DNA from: Trypethelium eluteriae
Lineage: Eukaryota
Assembly: GCA_051942245.1 (NCBI GenBank)
Contig: JAVECL010000251.1
Location: 1 to 32,815, forward strand
Direction of reading: 5' to 3'
Length of the DNA stretch: 32,815 bases
Below the pieces are notes generated by a model. That model ran no database searches. It was not told the origin of the DNA and saw only the letters and a program-made list of their open reading frames with translations. The translations under genes and the position numbers were made by a program. Below are positions 22,785 to 32,815 of the stretch, piece after piece (positions within the stretch are counted from its first letter, which is position 1; each line of letters begins with the position of its first letter).

Positions 22785-25271
22785 AAATTTCAATGTGCGA
22801 TGGGGATAGAGAGATGAGGATTGCTCGGATGGATTTTGGTAGGTGGAAGAGGGAAGTGTAAAAATGAAGACAACATACTGAATAGAGAAATTAACAGTTG
22901 AGTTCAAGATATTCACAAGAGCTTCAGAGTGCTAATAGATGCATGGGGCTAGCTCGGGTGCAGGATGGAGAGCAGCTTGGAAAGTGCAAAGAACTTGGAT
23001 GAAGGCTACAAGTTTCCAAAGATTCATGTCGAAGTATTGCGGCCGTCGCACTCGGCCTCAATATTCGAAGTCGTACTCATTGATCAATCTTCTGTCCACG
23101 TTCTCACTTTGAATCCCCTCGAAAAGTTTTATTGACGTTCACGCTGTGAATTTGTCTGACAGCTGGAGCCATACTGGACAAGCCTGGATCAAGGTCACCG
23201 GAGTTGGGCAGTCGATTCCACAATGAACTCAAATCGTGGATATTATTGCGATAGCTGGGAAGCGGTCTATCACTGAGACAATAGCCCTCGCCTCATTGTT
23301 CTCGGCACTTTTCCTGAGGTGTTAAGAGGAAATGAGAAAGAATTGGACCTTGAGTCAAACCCCACCCAATCGTCCAAAATCTGCCAAGGATCAATTGGAA
23401 GCGAAGTATACTAGGGCCTTTCTTGCGCTTCCACCGACACGTGCATTGGGCTCTGAGGACGAAGGATGCGCGTATGCGGACACGAAATTACGTACCTGTG
23501 GGTGTGTGTTTAAGTTTACCTAGTTTGGACGCGCGTTGCGGGGAAAGAACCCTGATAGCTGGCAAGTTGTAAGGTTTGAAAGAGGGCGTTGCTAACATGT
23601 TAGCCCACGATGGAATCCGTTTGGAAAAAAAGGAATTTGGTTCGTAGAGATTATCAACGTCGACAACTTATGCGGTCATACGAGGAGAGCTCGATACTTG
23701 GCTTAACTGAAGTGGTGTGCACTCGGCAAAGGCGTGGATGCAAGACGCGACGCTATTGAAAGCTGGTCAATGCGAGCGGAAGGGAAGTAAAGATCTGCAC
23801 CAGTGCGAGCTTGCTATCTGGAGAGCCCACGATCATCCTGAAGGCTTCACAAGGGTTAGGGGATGTCGTGAACGCGATTGACTCGTTTGTTATAGGCAGG
23901 TCCCGGAAGCTAGAGATGTTAATCCGATACGATACCGTCGTCGAACGCTGTTGCAAGTTAACAGCGCGATTCCATGGGACCGGAGCCACCACACCAACCA
24001 CCGGTAAGTGTTGTTCCAAGCGTCTTCGAGACGTTGTGCTCCGTAACGTCAGCCCCGCACCGGTTACTGACAGCGCGATAGCAGGATCTGTGCTTGTTAT
24101 CTTAATTAGGGAATAAGATCTAAGCTGGGGCGAGATAGCAAAGCAAGCTTTCACGCCCCAGAACCGACCCTCGCGTAGGAAGGCTTGTGCTTGAAGTCCT
24201 GCATTTGACATGATCATCAAAGGCCAGAGCCTATTTCAATTTGGGTAGGTCGCATTTCGGAGCATTATTCAGAGTTCGTGGATCCCCAAATGCCAAGACC
24301 ATCTCCCAAATTAACAAAGCCCTTTCATTCATTCGGGCAGGTTGCGCCCGTTGATCCGCAGCTGATATGGCAAAAGACGGACCAGACAAATTTGAGCAGG
24401 ACCGGTTCAATGTGAACGTGGGTCTGTATTCGCCCCGGTAATTTATCGGTCATCCAAGTAAACGCTCGGATATGGCGAACGGCTGGTAGAATGGGTACTA
24501 GGTGCTTCCTAGGCTTTGATCCTAGCACGGTGTGGCCGCGTCAGATCTTGGATGCAGGCCTCGGTGGTTCCCAGCGCATGCCTGCCCCGCCATAACGTGC
24601 CTGGCAGAGGCCACGAAGCTGTGCAACATGTGGAAGTTTACGTTGCTCTGTTTGCTAGCGTTAGTACCTCGGGTGCCGTCAACCTCCAAATGGTGATCAA
24701 TTGTTGTCACAATGTTTGCACGATGGCAAGCGCGATGTTCGGTCAGGATTCAGAACGCGTAAAAAGAACGCCAAGAAATCGGTGCTGCTGGGTCAAGCCC
24801 CAGCCGGAGTCTCCAGCTCTCCTGAAATCCCTTGGGTCGCGCAGCGGGTTCGACGGTGGGCTATGTCTGGGCCAAGGCCGCTTTTGGTAAGCGTCACTGC
24901 AGATCCGCCGCCCTGAAAGGCGCAAAGGATAGCGATACACTCCCCTTCCGTTGGAACATGGGATGAGCCCCCGGGCCACCCTGAAACCTGCAGACGAAGC
25001 GGCGTTGTTGCTTGTAGAGTCGCTTTTTAGCCGATCCCTGCCCTCTTTCATCACTCGTCGATGCTGTTAATCTACGTCAAGAACCGCGCTTGACTTTCAC
25101 ACTCTTGCTCCTGACACCAATTCCTTCTTTATCCACTGGGCACTTAGCCTTTAGATATTTCAGCAAAACCCGTCGCTCCTTTCCAATTCATCTTCTTCAT
25201 TTTCCATTGTGCTTTCCCATTTATCGATTCCCCTTGACTGGACCCCAAGCCTCATAGACTAATTCGAGACA

Positions 25272-26365
25272 ATGGCGTCCACCACAAACACCATGGGTAC
25301 TCACGTCCCATACCGATATCGATACACGCCAAAGCCCATGACAGACCTCTTCACCCATGATACCGACATCGATCGTACCAAGTGCCGACGAACAGTCCCT
25401 ATGAGGGTACTCTGTCTGGGTCTCGGCCGCACCGGTACCGCATGTAAGACTCGCCATGAACGAATGCAATGAAGATTACGCTGACCATTGCCAGCCCTTC
25501 GAACCGCTCTCAAGCGCCTCGGATACTCCGATTGCTACCACATGATGTCTGCCAGCGTCGAGAATCCCCCCGACTGTCTGATGTGGATGGACGCGCTCAC
25601 AGCCAAGTATGACGGGGTAGGAACTTTTGGGCGGGAGCAATGGGATCAGCTTCTGGGGCACTGCCAAGTTGGTATTCTTTACACTTTTACCAGCATCGAA
25701 AATATTTACGTTGACACAGGCAGTCTGCGACTGGCCGGCCATCGCATTTTGCAAGGAGCTGATTGAGGCCTATCCTGACGCCAAAATCATTATGACGACA
25801 CGGGACGTCGATTCATGGCATGCGTATGTGGCACTCTAGATGCAATCCTTGCAGGAATAACCTGACTGATATGCTGTACAGGTCAACAATGAAGACCGTC
25901 AACTGGCGTGCAACAGAGCCCGAGTTGAAGACGGTGGCAAAATGGGGCGACTGGGGCGCGAGCCTCTACCAGCCCATGCTTTCCAAATTCTGGACCAATT
26001 TCTTCCGCGGTGATTTTGAAAAGCACGGGAAGGAAGTCTTCAAGCAGCACTACGAGGATGTTCAGAAGATGGTTCCACCCGAGAACCTTCTCATGTACCG
26101 GGTCGGATCCGGTTGGGAGCCGCTCTGCGAGTTCCTTGGTGAGCCTGTTCCCCACAATGAGGCCTTTCCCCGCACAAACGATACCGACGGATTCGTCGAC
26201 CGTTGCAGAACGCGAAACCGGATGCAGATGTACAATGTCCTTGTCCGTTACCTGGTCTATGGTGGCACCGTCGCAGCGACTTTCCTATCCGCGTCAACGC
26301 TTATGACAAGATATGCTCCACACACCTTACTTACCAGTTTAGAGCGGAGTGTAATGTCGGCTTAA
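25272..26365 (+). CDS. P-loop sulfotransferase-like protein (Sulfotransfer_4 type), about 310 aa, C-terminal hydrophobic helix (exons 25272-25443, 25495-25667, 25720-25823, 25882-26365)
   Basis: VLCLGLGRTGT..LRTAL..LGY..CYHM (5'-phosphosulfate-binding loop), AVCDWP, ELIEAYPDAKIIMTTRDVDSWHAS (3'-phosphate R/S motif) and GWEPLCEFLG.PVP..FP.TN. Confidence 0.9.
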
Positions 26366-27036
26366 AAGGGGTTCCTCGGGGCTAGAGTGACTGTAATCGC
26401 ATCAAGCATGGACTCGGAGTTTTCTTGTGTGTCAAAAATGCTTGAGTATGGTCTTGGCTGTTGTTTTGGGCAAGTCGCCAAGAAGGGGGTCCCCCCGTTT
26501 TAGAGTACCATCGATTTGGTTGTTTGGACTAAGAAGACATTGATTGGATATGGATAGAAGAGGGCGTTTATGCATCAGCGTCTCTTGGCTCAGCTTACTG
26601 GAATTCTTTAGGAAAGTTGGTATTGTTTGTCTGCGTGCGCATGCGCCGTCCAGCCAGCATTTCTTTGATGATACCTTTTGTAATTCTATCAGCAATTATG
26701 CATTAAATCCTGACCAACCAACAATTCATGCCTCCACCTGCCACAGCTTGAGCATCGATGATGAGTGGAAATTTGGCGATCAAGGGGCGCCTTCCGCGTA
26801 CGTCGGCATTGCGCATGCGTCCGACGCATCCTTCCCCCTAGTTTTGCTCAAGGGCCGCGCAATCCAATTCGACCCAATCCGCTTGCACCTAACACTTGTT
26901 GCGGCAGTAGCTTTACCGGCGTGCTGCCACCACTTACAACCAGCCTTGGCCTTCAATTCACCTACGACATGCCACATGTTGTATGTGTAACATGTCGACA
27001 TGAGCCCTTTCCGGACTCTCTGTGTATCCTCGATCA

Positions 27037-29139
27037 ATGTCTCCTTCACCAGTGACCGGTAACGTAAACCGGAGCACCCTCTTTCGGCCATTACACATCT
27101 TCGTTTTCGTTTTGTTTCTACTCGACTTCGTCGCATGCGACTTGAACAACTTTACATCTCCTACCTTCTTTTTCCAGACGGTAAGTCCGACTTCTCGCGC
27201 TGCTGTCTTTGTGGCATGATGCTGATAGGATGATTGATCACAGCGGCCCGAGATCCATGCTCCCATCGTTAACTTCGACGTCCTGCGGCCTGAGCTTGTT
27301 ACTCCGGGTTATATTTTCACAGCTCCTTACCGAAATGTAGATTCCGGTGTGTATATATACGATAACTATGGGGTATGCAAGTCTCCACTCAAGTTGCCAC
27401 GACGGTGTTGACAGACATTTCAGAATCTTATATGGGCGAGTGTCGCTGATCATGGCCCAACTACCTCGCATGCGCCTCACGTTTGCGAGTACAAAGGAAG
27501 TCCTCATCTCTGCTATTTTCGAGGGCACCAACATCAGGGATACTCACGGGGACATGGTGTCATAATGGATCAAAACTACAGAATCGTAAAAACAGTCGAA
27601 AGCGCAGGACATGGCGCAGTGTCTGACATGCATGAGTTCCGATTAGTAGGAGATGGAAGTACTGCACTCCTAACTGTCTACCAGACCCGGCAATATGATC
27701 TCTCTGATTTCAAGATCACTGGAGGGATGGGCTGGATTGTAGATAGCGTCTTTCAAGAGGTGGACGTCGAGACGGGAAAGTTGGTGTTCGAATGGCGGGC
27801 TTTAGACCACATTGATCCGCAGTACAGCTACACTATGCCGGCAACAACGGATACTAGTGGTGATGGAATCCAGCCTTTCTCTCCTTGGGATTATTTTCAC
27901 ATCAATTCGATCGACAAGAACAAGGACGGGGATTACTTGATCTCTGCACGCCACGTCGCGGCGATTTACAAGATCTCAGGGAAAAACGGGACAACGCTGT
28001 GGGAGCTTCATGGCGCAAATCCAACATTCAAGAACCTCAATTTTGGGTTCTCAAGCCAGCATCATGCAAGGTGGCATTTTGAAAATGGGACGCACACCTA
28101 TATCACACTTTTCGACAATGCAAGTAACGGACCCAACAAGACGAATGACTGGTCTCATGGACTCATCGTGATGATTGATCATGTTGAAATGACAGCGACT
28201 ATGGTAGCTGAGTACGGCGCGCCTGACCCAGAGGGCGGCGTGTCTGCAGGTTCGCAGGGTAGCATGCAGATGCTCCCAAACAACAATGTGTTCATGGGAT
28301 GGGGTGAGAAGGCCTATTTTTCCGAACACATGTCCAATGGCCTTCCAATCATGTATGCAAAGATGGCCCTCCCAGAATCGCTTGTCATGATCTATCGGTG
28401 TTACAAATTCAATTGGACAGGACTCCCTGTGACCAATCCGTCTCTTTGGGCGTATTCTCGGACAGGGCAAGATTGGGATGGTATGATGTTCTACGTCTCT
28501 TGGAACGGAGCGACCGAAGTCCGGACATGGAATTTCTTCACCTCTGACAGTCCAAAAGGCCCGTGGGAACCTGTCGGAAACACACCTTGGTCAGGTTTCG
28601 AAACGAGACTTCACGTCGATACCTTCAAAGAATGGGCTCTGGCGCAAGCTCTGGATGAGCAAGGTCATGTCTTGGGCGTCTCATCTATAGCTAAAACCTT
28701 TGTCCCTTCTCCCGGTTTAATGCCGTATTGTACGGACGAAGGATGTGGTACAGCAGCCTTACCACCTGACGACGAAAAGATCATCCAAGGAGGGATTGAA
28801 TTTCGACCGCACGGGCCCAATTATTCGACGGGATACGATACGGCAAACTATTTCCCAGCTCTCACCGACCCGCCGGAAGAGGAAGGACATCCAGGCGACG
28901 GCGGTGGCGTCAGCTATGTCCGAGTGGGAAGCGTGACGATGCTGATTGGCTTCGCTGCACTGATGGCTGGGCTGGTGGGCTTCTGTTTCTACAAGCACCG
29001 AGCCGCTCAACTCGTCAATGGGTGGAGCGATATATTACAGCAATACCTCGCCAGCTGGGAGGATGCATATCTGGGCAGCCGAGCGCGGCAGGCGTTCTTG
29101 GGCAAGTATGCACAGCTGCCACAGAATGGACCCGCATGA
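27037..29139 (+). CDS. Arylsulfate sulfotransferase (ASST, PAPS-independent) with N-terminal signal and C-terminal TM helix, about 662 aa (exons 27037-27180, 27244-27372, 27424-29139)
   Basis: Motifs FQTRPEI, PGYIF, DMHEF, FQEVDVETG..VFEW, WDYFHINSIDK..GDYLISARH, QHHAR, LFDNA, SQGS and YVSWNGAT. Hydrophobic segments are LHIFVFVLFLLDFVAC at the N-terminus and MLIGFAALMAGLVGFCFY near the C-terminus. Confidence 0.93.
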
Positions 29140-31252
29140 CCATGTATAAACGACATTTTCTTTTTTTCCTTTCGTAATCTCTGCATGACCAAGAGCAAAC
29201 AACTAGACTCTGGAAAGGAGCAGTCATTTATTCTTGGTCTGAGGTCATCTTTTCCAATTATAGATAAGGGCTGCACGGCACCCGCTGCCAAGTAGCAAGC
29301 ATACTCTTGGCGTTTCTATTTGCAGGGGCAGAGCGTTCATCTTGGTATTACTACGTTTGTCTTACTTGGGCTCTTTGGACCCTCATATTCATCGTTTTGA
29401 GATACCTTTGGACTTCGCTACCCAGTAAAGTTCGATGTACTTTACATGCTCACATCGGCATTGTATTATAGATCAGTTACAGATCTAGCCGCAAATAAAT
29501 ACGAAACCAGATCTTGAGGGTGTCATCGTTGATGGATTGTGACAATTACTGACGCGAAACTTCAGAGAAGTTGGAGTCTTGCTGTGCATGCGTAGCTTAT
29601 TGTATCCGACTTTTACTGGAGGACAACCGCAAGCGTGTGGACAGAACGGATCCACCGAGTGTCGAGTAGATTAACGAGCGACGAGTTCCTACATACCGGC
29701 CAAAAGAAAGCTGATCGGATCACTATTGACGCCTCCACCATATTCTCATAATCGGCCCTGATATCGGAGAGCGGGAGCTCTTATCGGTTGTGTGGGACGC
29801 TGAACAGCCTATGAGACCTTGAGTCCGCTGGTTTTGAATGGGCTGCAGGGTGGAGCAGCACATATCCACCCAGAGATTTAGTTGAGCCGGCCAAATAACG
29901 GTCCAGGATGGAATCCCCGACCAAAGCACGAATGATAGTATTCCCAATACTCTATAAGGAATGACCCGTCTTAGAAAATCAATGGCAAAATCGAGAGGCA
30001 AAGCCAGCAAATTGCAATCTCTAGCATTGATACTGGCGTGACTGGGTAGACTCGGTTCAAGCGGCTCGCTGCGAATCATGGACGACGTCGCACAGTCTGC
30101 TCATCATCATCGGCAAGGATCAGCGCAGAGAGTGGAGGAGGGAGAATCATCCCCCCCTGTCAGAGACGATAATGGAATGATCAGTGGCCATGGCAATTTC
30201 GAAGCTTAGCATGAATTGTACATTGAGCGAATGATCTGGTCAGAATATTGGATGACGCTGCTCGCTTGCTGTCATGCCTGACCCGCCTGTCGTACCCGTT
30301 GCTTGCAGTCTGCAGACTGGGAAGGTATGTGGGGTTCAAAGTCTTGGCGCCGCGTGTGCCTTTTCTTTTTTATGAGCCTGTTACAAGACCATGTCCTAGT
30401 GGTGTACCCCCCGGTTGCAAACCGAACCACCTCTTCTCCTTCATGCGTTGCGACACCAGCAACGTAGTAAGTAGGCGCTTCCACGCCAGCTGGACGCGAA
30501 GACCTTAGCGGAGTCGTAAGAGTTGCTCGCAAGTCGGCTACACAAAGTAGAAAGAATAGAGTTTTCAGCTTAGTAACTTCTGTGACCCAGGTACGGAGTA
30601 CGCAGGCGTCCAGTCACTGGGAGAGCCGATCTCAGGGCACCGGGGGCACCGGGGAACAGAACCGGTCGTGGCACAGTGGCTTGAGCTTTCGCCAAGAACC
30701 GGGTGTCGGGGCAGTGGGGCAACGCAATCGCGGCTGCTAATTTTTAAAGTGCTTTGGTGGTGGCCACGCTCACGCATGCCAAGACTCCCAGTGCCATTGT
30801 ACGTTCCACCGTATGGCCACACCTACGAGCTGGAAGCGTGTACCTAAATGGCTCCCTTAGTCTTGGTCACTACCGTTGGGATGTCAAAACGTCTAATCAA
30901 ACCAACCTGACCTCATACCTCTCCCGCCGCCCTCCCTTTACTGTATTATTTACAGGTGGTCGTTTTGCTCGCAAATCTGCATAGAGCAACCACCAACAGT
31001 ACCCAACTCACTCATTTTGTCATTATCGTGGAATTTCTGGACGTCAAACTGGCTTTAATATCAAGACGTCAACCTCGGTGCATCCTCACCCGCTCACCCA
31101 AAAGTGTAGCTGCAAGATTCAACCTGGCGGCCGTGGCTCAGGCTACTCCAATCTGCAGCGCACTCGCCTAAACTCACTAGACGCGCCTGCTACTGGATTC
31201 GCCTTCCCTATCGCCTTCCCCTCGCTCATCTCATCTCTCCTCCAAAAGTACC

Positions 31253-32815
31253 ATGGGCTACCACACCCGCAGCGTCTCCGGATCCCAGTACTTCGACGAA
31301 GATCACCGCGTCAGCCTATCCGCCCGCTCCCCTCACCTCCCCCAATCCTCCACCTTCAACTTCTCTCCCGTCGACGAAGAGCGCTCCGCCTTCCCACCCG
31401 CATCTCCCTCCTCCTTCTCTCCCTCCTCCACATCCACCCGCTCAGCCGCCAGTCCCCTCGCGCCAGGCACGCTCGCCATGGAGCGGTCGGGTGGCGGCCG
31501 GCGGTACAGCAGCGCGGCGGAGGCGCAGGCGTCCTGGCTGGGCATGCCGAACAAGGACCAGCTCGCCATCCTCATGCTGTCCCGCATCGTCGACTTCTTC
31601 CAGCAGGCCAGCATCCAGACGTACATGGTGCACCAGCTCAAGAGCTTCGACGCCTCGCTCCCGGACTCCACCATCAGTCACCAGGCGGGCGTGCTGCAGG
31701 GCGCCTTCACGGCCGCCCAGATCGTCACGTCGGTCCTGTGGGGCAGGACGGCGGATTCGGCGTGGAGTGGGCGGAAGATGGTGTTGTTGATTGGGCTGGT
31801 GGGGACGGGTATTTCGTGTGTGGGTGTGGGCTTCTCGACTTCGTTTGCGCAGGCGACGTGGTGGCGGATGGTGGGCGGTGGGATTAATGGCACGGTGGGC
31901 GCGGCGAGAACGATGCTCGCGGAGAGTGTGCCGAAGCAGTATCATTCGAGGGCGTTTTTGTTGTTGCCATTGGCGTTCAATATTGCGAATATGATCGGGC
32001 CTGGTATGTGCAAAGGAAGAGCTTGACATACGGATTGAAGAGGGAAGCTAACGAGTCTAATAGTTCTGGGGAGTATGCTGGTCGATCCAGTCAGCTCTTT
32101 TCCCAAATTTTTCGGACCCCACTCGGTTTTTGGGGGGCCAGACGGTGTGGAATGGATGGCGAGGCATCCGTATGCACTTACGAATCTGATGAGCGCCATG
32201 TTACAATTCATCTGCGCGGGGTTTGTTTTCTTATACCTACGGGAGACGCTCATATCACGGGTTTCTTCGAAGCAGCCGGCTCTTCGAGATGTAATACAAA
32301 CTTTTGTGCAAAAGTGGACTCGGAAATCAGGTGGAATACTTACGAGGCCGTCAGGAGGAAGAACAAAAAGCGCACGTACCCTGGACATTCAATCACAAGG
32401 CCTGTTAGAAAATTCGGATGATGATGTGGAATTGCCAGATATGCACGATAAACACCACAATTCTGTTCTCTCACAAGTGAGAAATGAGAAGCCCGTCCAT
32501 CGACTACCTTTCAGTCGGATTTGGACTACGAACGTCATCTTCACCCTCCTCTCTACCGCCATATTCGATTTCCACATGGGGTAAGATTCCCCTCATCCAC
32601 TTACATTCTCTAAAAACCGAGCTGACCTCTGATTCCCACAGCGCCTTCGCCTCCCTCTGGCTCCTCTTCCTTTCCACCCCACGCACCCTCCACTCCTCCG
32701 ATCCGGACTTCATCCCCGCCCCCGTCGACGACGTCGACGTCGACTTCTCCAACCTCGGCCAGATGGAGGGCGACGACCTCTCCTTCGAGCCCCCCGAATT
32801 CGACCTGTCCCCCGA
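31253..32815 (+). CDS. MFS transporter (DHA1-like, YCR023C/ZIFL type), 3' partial (exons 31253-32003, 32064-32580, 32642->32815)
   Basis: QLAILMLSRIVDF, motif A-like WGRTADSAWSGRKMVLLIG, RMVGGGINGTVG, RAFLLLPLAFNIANMIGP, HPYAL and LPFSRIWT.NV. The introns are canonical. Confidence 0.93.

Noticed and set aside
22900..25200. Several 60-155 aa ORFs in the long region upstream of the sulfotransferase
   Set aside because: Most have non-ATG starts, no domain motifs and no convincing splice pattern, so I treat the region as intergenic or promoter.
30635..30652. GGGCACCGG x2 direct repeat as a Zn2Cys6-type site upstream of the MFS
   Set aside because: It is a single short duplication with no matching copy seen at the neighbouring promoters.
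31078..32029. Long overlapping and antisense ORFs over the MFS gene
   Set aside because: They are shadow ORFs caused by high GC and strong skew, with low-complexity translations.

Overview
This is eukaryotic DNA from a filamentous ascomycete: short GT-AG introns with CTRAC/CTRAY branch sites and fungal gene families. The ORF track therefore shows exon fragments, and I rebuilt the spliced models by hand. The window has three zones. (1) About 1-9 kb is accessory-looking: a probable LTR end, an ankyrin relic, a multi-pass membrane protein, a membrane protein with a near-identical ankyrin array whose 3' repeats are decayed by RIP-like changes, and a Cys-rich protein. (2) About 9.7-22.8 kb is mostly housekeeping: GT8 glycosyltransferase, a candidate His1 secreted protein, MCR1-like cytochrome b5 reductase, TAD1, an NT-C2 protein, a Frm2/Hbn1-like nitroreductase and an EFM7/NNT1-like methyltransferase. 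(3) About 25.2-32.8 kb holds three co-oriented genes: a P-loop (PAPS-type) sulfotransferase-like protein, a signal-peptide plus C-terminally anchored arylsulfate sulfotransferase (ASST), and an MFS transporter that runs off the window. This trio is the best candidate for an undescribed system, a trans-membrane two-step sulfation relay. All family calls come from motif recognition, with no database search.
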